63,996 bases of DNA, filler included, from Octopus bimaculoides (GCF_001194135.2; 10 parts of 9 records of this genome joined end to end with filler, not necessarily neighbours in it), one strand, 5' to 3'. Shown: positions 1 to 13,475, counted from the whole stretch's first letter. Program-made: numbers and translations. The notes: generated by a model from the sequence alone, not told the origin.

Positions 1-281
1 GAGGAGGAGGAGAAGAAGAAGAAGGAGGAGGCGGAGAAGGAGGAGGAGGAGGAGGAGAAGAAGAAGAAGAAGAAGAAGAAGGAGGAGGCGGAGAAGGATG
101 AGGAGGAGGAGAAGAAGAAGAAGAAGAAGGAGAAGAAGGAGAAGAAGAAGGAGAAGAAGAAGAAGAACAAGGAGGAGGAGGCGGAGAAGGAGGAGGAGGA
201 GAAGAAGAAAAGGAGGAGGTAGAGAACAAAAAGAAGAAGGAAGAGGAGAAGAAGAAGGAGGAGAAGAAGAAGAAGAAATTT
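1..281. repeat. (GAA/GAG)n polypurine trinucleotide microsatellite
   Basis: Directly visible run of gaa/gag triplets; the poly-Arg ORF at 98-283 is a by-product. Confidence 0.95.
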
Positions 282-325
282 AAAATGTAGTATATGTACG
301 CCTGTGTATATTGATTTTTGACACT

Positions 326-527
326 GTGTCTAGGCCTCATATTTGGCGGAGCGGGGAGTTTAGCTGATCTGATCGACTCCCAGTATTTAAATGGTACTCT
401 ATTTTATCGACCTTGGGAAAAAGAATGGTAAAGTCAGTCGATGTAGGATTTGAATTCGGAACGTAACGAGCTGAAACTAAATACCGAATGACATTTTATC
501 TGACATCCTTACAAATCTGCCATGCTC
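326..527 (-). mobile_element. tRNA-derived SINE, family A (decayed)
   Basis: Shares atcgac..cagta..ggtact..ttttatcgacc..gaaag..aaagtc..gatttgaa..cagaacgta with copies at 10385, 13320 and 58300. Confidence 0.75.
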
Positions 528-674
528 TTACATTCTACTCGATGATATTAACACAGCAATCATCCTGTGTGTATTAATTGTCTGACCTTAAAATAAAAAA
601 AATGTAGATCAAAGCGTGTTTATTCCAACATATTTATTTCTTTATTGTCCACAGGGATCTAAACATAGAAGGGC

Positions 675-775
675 AGACAAAAAGATTAAGTCGATTACAT
701 CGACCCAATGCGTAACTGGTACTTATTTAATCGACCCCGAAAGGATGAAAGGAAAAGTCGAAAGCCGTCAATTAC
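675..775 (-). mobile_element. SINE family A fragment
   Basis: gtcgattacatcgaccc...actggtacttatttaatcgaccccgaaaggatgaaagg matches the family A core. Confidence 0.75.
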
Positions 776-1799
776 TTCATCTACACTGGTCTGCCCGGGG
801 CAATACTAGTCGATTCGTACGAGTTTATGCTGAATAGCTTGGGTGGATCCTCCGTCGGTTTTGACGTTTTGCATTCAGTTGTTCGACCACAAAGAAAGAG
901 TGTCCACTGGAACACCACGAACATATAATTCGGTTGACTTAACATCTAGAGAAAAAATTACATTTTGTTGCCTGGTGTCCAGAAGCCCATTCGCTGCCAC
1001 TGTCCTCCAGCTATTCCATACAAAGAGATTGACGTAGTGGTTTGAGACAGCCCATGAGCTATGGTGGGTTCATCTTCTTCCACTCCCACCAAAATGTAAA
1101 GTAAAACAATGAAGTCTACGCAGGTGAATCATTCTGGATAATTCTTTTTTTCCACAAACACCAGTGGACTTCAGTTCAACCTTGATCGTACCAACCAACG
1201 TCTGTGCAAACCATAAATCTAACCCTTTCCGGGAGAATGAGGATATCTTGCACGTGATCATCCGACCTGCTTACAATATCAGCCAAATCTTGCTTAAATA
1301 TTAGCGTCACGCCCTGAAACACAAACCAGTCAACCTCTATCTTTAATTCGCCTCTTCTGAAAGGCAGTGTTTGAAGTCACATCGATTGTTTCATCTCTAG
1401 TAATTAACTAACTCTCAAAAGATATCAACAACAAATACTTTCAGCTATTCCAGTTGCAAATTTCCTTTCCCAGTTCTTTTGCCTCCATTCCATATCTCTA
1501 CCTGTCTTTGAATTTTCCAAACTTCTAGCATTTATTTTCACTGTCTGTCGTAAAAGGCAGCAAAAGAGGTTGAGCAAAGATTTGCACTCCAACCTCGTAA
1601 CAACCTCGCCAGTAACGACTACCCAAACAGACCCGTGGGCTGGACGGTTCTCGCCTGAGTGGTGCAAAGGCGTCATCCACCAGTAGAAGGGTATCACCAA
1701 CAAATGGTAGATGCAGTGATGCGCTGTTACAGCGCATGTCCTCATACTACTACTACTAATACTACTAATATTGAACTCTCTAGAATAATCACTTATCCA

Positions 1800-2537
1800 T
1801 TTCCTGACCGACAAACTATCTCTCGAAAAATCTTGATTTCTTTCTCGATTCCAAATTTACCGAGTTTTCATTCTTGAATCATGCAAGTAATGTCTAAGCA
1901 AGGCAATAAATATCACATCTTCCTACTGTGAGGTATCCCTTTCTCCCACTTGAACGATCAGATCCTAACCAGTTCTGTGCCATCTGCTCCTTGCAGTAAA
2001 TACTTTTCATTCTGACCTCTCTCCGAGATTGCTAAACATGTGACTGAAGTTATACTTCTACGTAATCTCCTTTTACATCCTTCACAGAAGCGAAGACAAC
2101 AATTTCAAACACCTACACTGTTCTCTCACACTTGTACTGCAGCATATAGACAAAGAACATTACCTATAACACCTTGAGGAAGTTGTCTGTGACTATCAAT
2201 CCCACCCCACCACCAGCACCACCAATCGGGAAGCGTTTGTTTGTTATAGAAAGGCTTGCAAAACGAACATCAAGGAAGCAAATGATTCCTTCGTACATGC
2301 AAACTCACATCTCTTCCAAACTGAAGCTCAGCCTTGTCTATGATCAAGAGAATCTTTGCTGACGGAGAAATATTCCGCTTCTCACCCTTCGAAGAATATG
2401 GCTCATAGGTAGCATTCCCACTTCTATATATAAAAACAAAATAAAAGCTGCGTTTGCAGCTCGTTATTCTTTTAGCTGCATATTTCACACACAGCCAAAA
2501 TTCCCCTGAGACTCAACTCTATTCCACCTATCACATT

Positions 2538-2572
<35 letters not shown>

Positions 2573-3400
2573 CTGTCACATGTGAAAAGCTCTTCGTCAA
2601 CACCAAATAAACAAACAAACAAGGCAGCCGATCCTGACAGTCTTCTAACTATTATTGTCAAAGAGTGCACGCCAGAACAAGCCCTGTCCTCGACGTTCGT
2701 TCCGATATTTCAGTGTTTCGAAATATGCTATACTATGTCTTATGTTCAAGTAGGGCAGTCGCTCTTCGTCTACCAACACCCTTTCTTGCGTTTTCCAGAC
2801 AATAATGGCACCAACTACTTCAGCAATTTGCTGCCTTTTTTTTTTGTCACCAGAAACTTACTCCCCGGTAATATACAACAGCGGACACCCATCCTTGAGA
2901 TTATCGACGAAAGCAAGCTTACTGTTTCTTGACATCAGTCAAAAGTTTGAGACTGTTTGACCTGGCAATATCCTGAGTTAATTGCTCGTATGGAGACAAT
3001 CTCTATCGCATCATGTCTGAATCGGTTGACTCTTCATAGCATTGATAAAGTTTTATCTCCAATCCACCTCCCATCAACTCTGTTGTACCATACAGTTTGG
3101 TCATGTCTTCCATACTCTTCCTTCTGATAATTAATGATCAACTTGCTGATACTTCTAACAACACAAATATTTATACATATGATATTACTGTTCAGTCTTC
3201 CTTAACCTTCCGCACACAAGTGTCATGTACACGTTACTTAGACAGCTCTTGTTACCACAATTGCACTTCTTCCGTTAACATAACGGAAATGATAGTAAAA
3301 ACGCAACCGTTACGATGTATCAAGGTAACAGTCTTACTTCACACATCTTCCTGACATAACACACTATTAAAGGCCTCTAAGCAAATACAAAAGTCACACA
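1800..3400 (+). mobile_element. Highly decayed non-LTR retrotransposon (CR1/L2/Jockey-like RT), internally deleted
   Basis: Collinear RT-like motifs: LFLDISQKFETV*PG (motif A-like FLDISKAFDxVW) near 2925-2965, then INSVVPYSLVMSSILFLLIINDQL...IYTYD (GVPQGS.LSP.LFLLFIND...YADD-like) near 3075-3185. Many stops and frameshifts; boundaries approximate. Confidence 0.55.
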
Positions 3401-5986
3401 ATCTATCTTAATCTACAATCTCTCACACACACACACACACTCACACAGAGTCCTAGTATGTTCCTGATCATCAATATTCAAGTATAATGATGTGCTATCA
3501 TATCTGGGATGGTGTTGTTGGTACACACACAACTTGGATTTTATACCAAGCTGAAGAGCAAAAGTTGCATTGCCGTCTGATTGCTTGCCATAATGTTTGA
3601 ATTTCTTTTATACGTTTGTCATATATTCATGATTTTTTTCAACTTCTCTCTCTTCCAGTGATTGCATGAAAGTCTCTGTCACTCTCTCCATTACATATAC
3701 CCTCTAAGTTCTATGGATTGTTTGTTCACTATTCATCTTGTGCTCTTACACTTTTAAAAATCTTTTTATACTCTATAAAAAAGAAAAACAACTTAGTTAT
3801 GATTAAAGAAAGGATATGACATACAAACATTGAAATATAGGACACACCACATATAAAATCTTGTTTTCATTTTTACAGTGGAACATTATCTATTGCTCTT
3901 TGCAATCTATTTTATACACTGTGGTAACAGAAAACAAGCAACACATCTGTTAATACTCTGTAGCTGTTGTCATTACTGATAATGCATTAAACTTATTTCA
4001 GTTCATCAGACGACAAATATGTCCGAGATGAACAATACGAAAATTGATTGACAGCGATAATGTTTTTATCGAGAAACGACCCGAATCATTTTCAACTTTG
4101 CGAATAGTCTCAAATTCACTTTTATATATCAAGATTGTTCAGATTTCGTATTTGGCTGCTAGAACATGAAAGTAGTAACAAGATTTTTCAATGAAGTTTA
4201 TATTGTAATAAATGCTCAAAGTTTTCATCAAGCCATGAAGATTTGTTCTCTGCAATGCTGGAAGAATGGAACGTCAGTTACATAATGCCATTGCTGCTTA
4301 AAGCAACTATGAACATAGCGAGTGCCGGGAACAGAGTACATCGTCTTTCAATTTGAGTTGTAACACGTTGCAGATGCGGTCATCTTAATCCACCGGAAGC
4401 TGTTAATGAAATCTTGACGTTATGTTACGGAGAATGATCATTTAATAACTCATAAGTCCGTATACTGATCCTTTGAGAAAGGTACACGCAATTCTTATTC
4501 CATTTGTTCATCTTGTTGAAACCACAGACGAAGGAAAGGCGATATGGAATTCGTCCGACTGAATTCATAGTTGGCATTTTGTTATTATACAGAACTAATT
4601 TCGAACCTTGGTAAGGTCTTATTGATGTTCTATACTATATATCATAAAGTGACAGGTAAAGAAAAAGGTATAGCAACTTGTCTGTAAATATAGCATACAT
4701 ATAACAGCTTAATGAGTGAAGAAAGAGAACGATGTTCACAGACAGCGACAGTGTAATCATCAATTACGACAGTTCAATCCATGTTGATGACTTATGATAA
4801 ATTTAAAGACTTAATTAATTGAGGAACAGATACTTTAATCCAGATATAATTTTTTTAATTCAAATATAATTTAATTTAGAATTTTAAAAAAATCACGAAA
4901 TTAGGCATTATAGTACAAATTCTGGTAGGAATTACAAAAACAAGAACACAACATTATTCAAACAAATTATTTTAGAAGATTCTACTCCCAATGACTGCCA
5001 CCATTTGTTTTTGTACAAATATTAACAAAATCGGACTGGAAGACAATTCCAAACTCGACGATCGAAAATGAACATCAAACAGTATGATAATTTTGTGTTT
5101 CATTATTGATATATGTAGTATTGATATGTGTGTGTGTGTGTGTGTGTGTACAATGAGAACGAATGGGTCTGTATGTGTGTGTATCTGTATAAGTTTCAGT
5201 ATAAATCATTTTGATACTGTATTTACTGGTCATTCTAAACTAGAAATCATGACTTGTAAGTCAAGCCAAAGTAAAAGATTTCTTACGATGGCTCAAGGCC
5301 ATAGATATTTATGTGAGAAAAAGCAAAGATGAGCCTGGAAAAATTTGACTTCAGCAAGTAAAGGGACGAAACTAAAAGCTGCAAGGCATTCTTAGCCTGG
5401 TCTTTAGCTTTATTAGCTCATTCTCTAACGTTATTAGCTCGGTCTTTACCATTCCCGTCAACTCACTACACATGAAGACAAAATCACAATCAATGAAACA
5501 CCCGGACAATTTTATACCGAAATACTTCAGGTAGATCATTAAAGAATTTAGCCTTAATGAGCGTAGATACAGATGTTACACACATGAGTCTCTACGAAGA
5601 AATACTTTTTCACATGGTTGCCATGGGTTCACATTCCAGTATAGATGTTACATTGCATCCCTGGATAAACCACTTAACCTTTCTCGACTAATTCTATCTA
5701 GCAGAGGAAGGATTACCACTTTATCTGGCAATTAAACGCGCGGTAGACCTATTTTCTATCCAATTGGCTTTTTTTTTCTCTTTTTGCTAAATTTACGTTC
5801 GTACAAATGCTGTAGACCAAGTGTTTAGGCTATGAAAAGAAACATTCTTGAATTTAGATCTACCGGTTTCTGAAAACATTGCCTCAGTCAATAGTTTTTC
5901 TTTAGGATTTGGGAATTAAAGATAACTTAAGGAATATTTACAAAAATATAACTTTATTTATGACATTTACGTACACATGCATGTCT

Positions 5987-7507
5987 TTAGAAATATGGCA
6001 CTGCACAGTTTATGGCCAACAGAAACGAGATGATACAAAATTTTGTGTAGGCAAGCAGGGCAGACTGTCCACTTGTTTTAGATGGTTGGTTTTGCAGCTG
6101 AAGAGAAGTTGACTTCGTACTTTTAGGATTCGGTGTTTCAGTGACAATCGACCCAATACGTCCGCTGATGGAATCTGCTTTGTTGCTGGTTTTCTTGTTC
6201 ATTCGCTCGGTTTTTCTGGGGGTGGGTAAAGTACTGGTATCTTTTAGGACTCGACTAATAACCACATCGACTTCATCTTTGGGCTCATGTCTTTTTGCCG
6301 ATCCCAAATCTGGATGCTTGGATTCGTCATTAATACCATCAGCAGATGCTTCTCTGTCACCAGAAGTTATACCATCCTTAGGGATCATGTCGTCTTTGGT
6401 TTCTGTTTTTTTCTTTTGGCTATCACTTTTTTCTTGACTGTCAAATTTTGTGGTTGGGTTGTTGTAGAGGGGTTCTCTTTCATCAGCATAAACACCGTTT
6501 GGATCTCTGACTGTCGATAAATCAGGATTAACTGTAGCATGAGGGATCAGTGATGATAACTTATCAGTGCGTATGACTGAAGATTTTTGACAAATCACCT
6601 CTAAAGAGTTCATTGCGTTTTCAGTACAACTTGCCAGACGTAAGCTTTCACATTTCTTTTGCTTCTGAACTAAATTGGTGAGGAACATGTCTTCAGTCTT
6701 TCCGTCTTCGTAACACATGTTTTCAATTATAAAAGCTTCCCGTATATGTTCAGGGAAAGGAAAATCGAATTGCAAAAATTTAGCCACTTCGCAAGAACAT
6801 GGTAATCTATTGAAGACAACATTCACTTCGGTAACATTCCAAAACAGGTAACTAAACGGGTTGCAAGCAAAATCAGAAAATGTATTAAATTCCATGTCCC
6901 ACAGTCCAATATTTTTTACATTAATAAATGTCAAAGATGGAAGGATTGGAAAGTTGTTGTTGGCGATATGGACTTTCTTCACGTTGTGTATTTTACTAAA
7001 TGCAAATGGACTAATTGACTTAAAACTGCAATGAGATATGTGAAGCTCATCAACATTTCGCAAATCATCAAACGCAAAACTATGTAAACGAAATATAGTT
7101 GTATATTTCAAAGTAATGATGACATCATCCACCAGATGGCGGAACGCTCCTTCTTGTATTTCAACAATAGCACTTCCAGTAAATGTGATCCGAATGCGTT
7201 TAAGATTGCTGAATGCGCAGGTGAGGATTTTATCAATTTTGCTGTTCATGATGGTTAAGTGGCGAATGTTTGATGAAAATGCTAACGCTCCAGGTGGGAT
7301 GTCTGTTATATTAGAGTCGAGGATTTCCAAGGACATGGTGGTGTTAGGTAAGTCATTAGGGAAGGATTTTAATTTGCTGCACATCACTTCACCGTGTTTG
7401 CAAGAACATCCTTTCTGGCAGTGAACCCGTTTGGTAGCATCGGTTGCGTGCAGAAAAAGAGACAGCAACATCAAAGAGTAGAAGACCCATTTTAGACAGC
7501 AATTTCT
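5987..7507 (-). CDS. Large coding exon of a secreted LRR protein: signal peptide, LRRNT, about 7-8 LRRs, LRRCT, S/T/K-rich stalk, probable GPI-anchor signal
   Basis: 508-codon open frame in repeat-rich DNA. Hydrophobic N-terminus (WVFYSLMLLSLFLHATDA), CQKGCSC..C cap, ~24-aa repeats ending AF, NRLPCSC cap, terminal hydrophobic tail FCIISFLLAINCAV with no cytoplasmic part, TAA at 5987-5989. Splice acceptor ttttcttttgcag ends at 7508 (phase 0); in-frame ATG at 7471 is an alternative start. The TTG start in the ORF track is intronic. Confidence 0.9.
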   Translation of the reverse strand, partial: RNCCLKWVFYSLMLLSLFLHATDATKRVHCQKGCSCKHGEVMCSKLKSFPNDLPNTTMSLEILDSNITDIPPGALAFSSNIRHLTIMNSKIDKILTCAFSNLKRIRITFTGSAIVEIQEGAFRHLVDDVIITLKYTTIFRLHSFAFDDLRNVDELHISHCSFKSISPFAFSKIHNVKKVHIANNNFPILPSLTFINVKNIGLWDMEFNTFSDFACNPFSYLFWNVTEVNVVFNRLPCSCEVAKFLQFDFPFPEHIREAFIIENMCYEDGKTEDMFLTNLVQKQKKCESLRLASCTENAMNSLEVICQKSSVIRTDKLSSLIPHATVNPDLSTVRDPNGVYADEREPLYNNPTTKFDSQEKSDSQKKKTETKDDMIPKDGITSGDREASADGINDESKHPDLGSAKRHEPKDEVDVVISRVLKDTSTLPTPRKTERMNKKTSNKADSISGRIGSIVTETPNPKSTKSTSLQLQNQPSKTSGQSALLAYTKFCIISFLLAINCAVPYF

Positions 7508-8292
7508 CTGCAAAAGAAAATTAAAGATAAATATAAATATCTAGTCATATTCGAAGAGGAAAAGTAATAATCTATCAAATGGTAATACACAAAGATAAAA
7601 TAGAACACACAGACACAGACAGACATGCACACACACAAGTAAATTTTATGCACACACACACACATCACTGCCTGATTGTTTCTCTTTCCTATCTTACAAT
7701 TTTCTCATGAGCTATACAGTGATGCCTGCTAAGGTAGGTAACTAATTATATCTAACAGAGTAGTTCCCCTTTTTAAATGAATCGCATGTTATCTTAATCG
7801 TTACGTTTTTATGTTCGTTAACTCCTCTTAGACCGTTGGGAGAAGGACAATAAAACTCAAACCAGCAAGTCCCCTAATCCCAGCGAATATCCGAAGGGGG
7901 TCTATTTTTTTAAGGACCGCCTAATTGGGGCCCCACTGGCCCTATTTTTACTGTATTTTTTAACTAAATACATGGCATTAGCGACCAAATCGGAGCAATG
8001 ACAATGAATTTCATACCATGAACTCCCAGGGAGTATCGTAAGGTTCAATGTCCGAAGGGCCGCTTAAATTGGGCCCTATGCTCCCCCTATTTTTGCTGCA
8101 TTTATCTCGCTCCTACGCTTATTGATTAAACTCTGACCAACATCAGTGCTTAGCACATTTGCAGAAATAAGTTTCGTTACACAAGAGTAGAGGGTCACGA
8201 AGTGGCCCGATAGTGGGACCGAAGACCTCAAAGGTGCCCTCCACAGGAGCTAGCCTGAATGCCGCCCGAAGGGTGGCTTCAAGGCTATTATT

Positions 8293-8337
<45 letters not shown>

Positions 8338-8412
8338 CGCACGCAATAAAGCAATAAGATAGACAGAAAGAAGGATAGATAAATAGATAAATAGATAGAT
8401 AGACAGACAGAC

Positions 8413-8443
<31 letters not shown>

Positions 8444-8974
8444 TAGATAGATAGATAGATAGATAGTGCCTGTACGAATGCAAAGAGAAAAGCTATGTAT
8501 TTATATTTCCTTCAATATTATTTCTTGTTTAGGCTCAAGGCCAAATATCTTAAGGAAGGTGTTATAAGCAATAAATCGACGGCAGAAGGATAAAAAGCAA
8601 ATTTGGCTGCGGCGGGATACGAACTCAGAAAGTAAAAGACCAGCACCAATCCACAGTCTGTTATGAAGTTTAATACTAAATAGAACATTGTTTGCTATCA
8701 TCATGAGAGCTCGAAAGGATAATAGTCACTTCGGCCTTGACTGTATTGGAACATGTATTGCACTGATGGTAAAAGATACTAAATCTGAATTTTTAAAATC
8801 TTTTATTAAGGTAGGAAAATAGTACCCATGAGCCTTTTACTAAGTTACCGAAACTGATGGGAGGTTGGAGAAGAAGTGCTGAAACGGAGATCAGACAGAG
8901 TAGACTCCACTAAAGGTATTCAAGGTGCTAGGCAGTGGTGTTAAATCTGGTGAGGGCTAAGTCTACAACCTAAG

Positions 8975-9235
8975 TCGGCCATGTGTGTATTTCTTTGTGC
9001 CTGTGTTTGTCCTCCACCACCGCTTAAAAACCGGTGTTGGTGTGTTTACGTTTCCGTATCTTAGCAGTTCGGCAAAGAGACTGATAAATTAAGTGCCAGG
9101 TAAAAAAATAAAAGAACAAAAGAAAAAGGAAAGAAAAAGTACGGGGGTCGATTCAGTTGACTAAAAATTGTTCAAAGCCGTAGTCTAATGACTGAAACAA
9201 GGAAAAGATAAAAGGTAATCCCGAAAGAATGAAAG
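8975..9235 (+). mobile_element. SINE family B, 3' half
   Basis: tgtgtttgtcc..caccgct..ggtgtgtttacgt..cttagcagttcggc..gggggtcgattc..gactgaaacaag..gataaaag, homologous to 34871-35068 on the opposite strand. Confidence 0.75.
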
Positions 9236-9343
9236 GCAAATTTAACTTCGGTGTGATTTGAACTTAGAGCTCAGAAAGTCGGAAAAGATACTGCGAGTCA
9301 TACTATCCCCCGTTCTAGTAACAATTCTGAGAGGGGGAAGGAA

Positions 9344-9376
<33 letters not shown>

Positions 9377-9699
9377 AGAGAGGTGGAGAGAGATTGAAAG
9401 CATGCACGTGTTTATGTGTTTCATGTACACCAATGTGTAAATGTACGTGCATACATTTGTGGATGTAGGGAGTGTAGTTTTATGTTTGTTAAGTTTAAAT
9501 TAAGATAGAAATCTTAACTTTTCACTTGAAATCGACTAATAAATACAAACATCTTGTCCTTATCTATGAACTGATGGCTACGACAAACAACATATGTATT
9601 TGTTGTTGTTGTTGCTGTTGTTCTCGTAGTGTGGGTGCGTGTGTGTGAGTGTACATATATTTACAGACATATGCAGGCATGTTTTAGTAGTTAAGCGTA

Positions 9700-10340
9700 A
9701 AGCTTCACAAACACAAAATCCGCGCTTGATTCAAGCGTGTCTTTTCATTTTGGAAAGTGTCTTTCACCATTGCCTCGTCTTGCTTCAAGCTCAAAGAGTG
9801 AAAATGGATAGAAGGAAACAGTTTGGAATAACGTCGGATGGATTGTAGCTGTAATTCAAAGACAGCCTTCTCACACATTGTTTCACGCTGAGTCTGTTGG
9901 AGGATTACGCTAATAGTACACGTATCTATGGGATACGCAGCCACGTAATCATAATTCATTCAACAGGGAATTCATTAGTTCTTGAAACTAGTGAAAGATT
10001 TGAGCCCTTCTATGAAAGATTTTCTACTCTGTCAGGAGGCTTATACAAAGACGATGGCATTTTAATTTCTCGCAATATAAAAGATTATGAATTGGATGAA
10101 TTTAGAAAAGAACCCATTATTTAGTGAGAGAGGATTACAAATTACAGCTGACACTAATCCTACTATAGTTGATTTTAGGGAATATTACCTTAAATTTAGA
10201 TGCGAACAAATTTTGTTCTTAACTTAAACCTGGCGAACGAATATTTTAATAAATAGGAAATCCAGTTATCTACCAATTATTTACAAAATTTAAACCCCTA
10301 TCATCTATAACCGTATTTAATCAATATTTACTGACAAGGC
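9700..10340 (+). mobile_element. Penelope-like element RT fragment (GLY[R/K]DDG type), decayed
   Basis: GGLYKDDGILISRN...ELDEFRK at 10038-10110, followed by FSERGLQITADTNPTIVDF / ITLNLDANKF.../ INRKSS..., the usual PLE RT C-terminal motif order. Frameshifted. Confidence 0.65.
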
Positions 10341-10384
10341 TATATTCATTAGAGATTATCATAACCCGGTTGAAAGAGACGGTA

Positions 10385-10590
10385 AGAGGGCAGAATCATT
10401 AGCAACGCCGAGTAAAATACTTGGTGACATTTCGTCCGTCTTTACATTTTGAATTCAAATTATGTCGAGGTCGACTTTTCCTTTTATCCTTTCGGAACCA
10501 ATAAAATAAGTACCAGTTGAGCACTGGGGTCAATAAAGTCGACTTTCCCTCTCCCCGAAATTGCTAGCCTCGTGTCAAAATTTGAAGCCA
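10385..10590 (+). mobile_element. tRNA-derived SINE, family A
   Basis: Head ggcagaatcattagc (A-box-like), ttgaattcaaatt (B-box-like), then the family A core aaaataagtaccagttgagcactggggtc. Confidence 0.8.
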
Positions 10591-10594
10591 GGAA

Positions 10595-10702
10595 TTTTTT
10601 CTTTTATATTTATGTTTGAGGTTATAATACATATATATATATATTTTTTTCTTTTATATTTATGTTTGAGGTTATAATACATATATATATATATATATAT
10701 AT
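10595..10702. repeat. Near-perfect tandem duplication of a ~49-bp unit ending in (TA)n
   Basis: ttttttcttttatatttatgtttgaggttataatac(at)n occurs twice head-to-tail. Confidence 0.9.
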
Positions 10703-12109
10703 AACTCAAATGTTGTCCGATTTTTAGTCTAGATGAAACACTGAAGTTGATCGAGGTATTGAAAGCATAACAGTCCCACCTTCATTTCAACTATAATGTA
10801 TCTGGGATTTCATTCGCCAATGTGATTTTATTTTATATTTTAAAACGGTGGTGTGTGGTCTGAAGTGAATTTGGTGGTTGAAACAAAAGTTTCTCCGTGC
10901 TGGCTACTTTGACAAAATGATACTTTGTACGTTGAAAGAAGAAAATAAAAGATTCTGCAAGAGTCAGGCTCAAGTGGGTCTTATACAGAAACTGAACATT
11001 CTCAAAACACATTACAGAAGTACCCGCTTGAATTTTTATTATGTCTTCCATGAATGAGGAAAATGCAGAGAAAAATCCAGCTTAGATCAAATATATTTCA
11101 AAATCAAATATATTTGAAACTATCTGCTAGATTATAAGAAATCAGAGCTAAATGTATATAAGAGCTAAATTTAGTTCTAAAAGAATAAAGTTGGCAACAC
11201 TGAGATAAGTATGTATCTGTTGGAAGAGGACGTGAGAATTAAAGTTGTGTGCCTTTTATACTTATTTTTGTTATTTATTTTACTTTAATCTCACGAAATT
11301 GATAACGGCCTGAGATTTATTTGTGAATGGTGTCTTTGATTCCAATGTACCAATTGACATTGCGAAACGAAATTATAGATCAGTGTATACCTTACATCTT
11401 TCAATGTCGATAACAACACCGAAAGCATTAATCTCATATCGTCATAACTCTTATAACAAACAACATCCTCATCCCAATTATTATGATTTATCACTATGGG
11501 AGGTGTAATGCCTCACTGTATACAGAATGAGCATCAACCCACCAACCCCAATTTTTTTTCAGTGCATAAAACGAATACGTTATATTGTTAAAAAGGATTT
11601 TCTTTTTACTTTTTTCCTTTCATTTTTGTCCAACACCAAATCAGCCTCATTCAAGCAGACTGACGATCAAACGCAATATAGCTATAAGTACGATGTCTTT
11701 ATCTCTCTAAGTGCCCCTAAGTTTAAATGTAAAATGGTAAATTGGTAGAGTCATTAGATCACCGGATCAAATACTTTCCTCTGTGTATTCTTGTACTTTG
11801 TACTTTGAATTCCAATCCTACCACGGTCAACTCTTTTGTAGGGAGGTTTCGCTAAATAAAATGCCAGTCACGTCTTGGAGTAGGTTTGCCTTTGCCTTTT
11901 ACTTTCAGAATTGACTTAACAAGACGAAATAATAATGGAACAGAATTGCTGTCACCGTCGAAAATTCCACATCACAAAAAGTAATATGAAGAAAACGGAA
12001 AGAGAGCGAGAGTTCTATGCGTCTTCGATGAATATGAAAATCGCGAAATATTGATTTGAAATATTCTAAGATCACCAACTTGTTTGGAGACAGACACTTG
12101 TTAAATTTG

Positions 12110-12149
<40 letters not shown>

Positions 12150-13007
12150 CCAGCAATGGTCTTGTGTTTCCTTTTAATTATAACCAAACCTCTCTTTAGA
12201 TTCATAAATATATTGTCAACTTATCATTTCTTTTCAAAAGAAACATAAAGATGGCTTCCGGTACTTTTGTGGAAATATTTTGTGAATGGTATCTTTCATT
12301 CTGTGAGTACCAATTGACATAGTGCCAAATTATCATGGTTCTCTAAATTGTACAGCTTTCGGTGCTGATAAGCGATGATTCTGCGTTCATTTCATAATAC
12401 TCATATTAGTATATTAATTTTAAGGAGTGCCAAAGGGCAGAAATAAGCTTTTGATAACGCAAGTGCGCGACCCGTTTTACTTAGATGGAGCCATTTCATT
12501 TCATTTTATTTGTTAATGATTTTTGTGACGTCAGACCAACACAATTTCTTTCCTTCGTTTACAAGTCTCGGGTTTGATCCACATAGGTCACTTACTTGAA
12601 AACAGAACAGAAAACTGCAAAATGAAGATAGATTTAGTCGCATATCCCACTGACCGGAAATCCCCAAGATAAGAGACAAAGAAAACATTAACGGCTTTGT
12701 CTCGAAATCTAGAGGGAAAATAATCAGAAAGATGGTGAATTCACAAAACTAACTGCAAAGAAAAGCACATGGCACAGATATTTGGACAACCTATGTTGAT
12801 ATATTCTTAGCACTATAAACTAAAGTTCTCGTCAATTTCCCATTTCGTTCAACGGCCAAACACTACATTTTTTTAATGCTTTCTTATCAGATGCGAACCT
12901 TCGTATCTCTTACCGAAAGGACGACATATCTACTATTCGGTACCCAGATCAAATTTGTTCCCTCATAAATTTCAAAAACATGTATATTATTTTATTAATG
13001 AAATTTT

Positions 13008-13201
<194 letters not shown>

Positions 13202-13319
13202 TCGTTTTCGACACACCAGATATTAGACAAATTGGCCACATCTGCCTGCCTGGGTACTCAGAATACAAACCATTCTTCTCATTTTTACCAATTCACCGAT
13301 CGGTACAGGGCTGGTAATT

Positions 13320-13475
13320 TATTTTATCAACCTCGTCGCTAATTCATTTCATCAACCCAGAATGATAAAAGGGGATAGTTGACATCCGCGGGTTTTGAAA
13401 TCAGAACGTAAAGAGCTGGAGCAAATATCGTAAGTCATTTTGTCCTACGCTCTAACGATTCTACCAAATTGCCAA
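13320..13475 (-). mobile_element. SINE family A (decayed)
   Basis: ttttatcaacc...gaaatcagaacgtaaagagctggagcaaat...ctaacgattctacca is the reverse complement of the family A head. Confidence 0.7.

Noticed and set aside
860-1740. RTE-like LINE relic on the minus strand (RMIHLRRLH.F, EDEP)
   Set aside because: Only two weak motif echoes; too degenerate to list without a profile search.
4380-4480. Mariner N-terminal HTH-like peptide (NPPEAVNEILTLCYGE)
   Set aside because: Single short resemblance with no TIR or catalytic motifs nearby.
11315-12325. Two similar ~40-bp segments (tttgtgaatggt.tctt..attc....gtaccaattgacat) about 960 bp apart
   Set aside because: Too short and diverged to classify; probably fragments of an old repeat.
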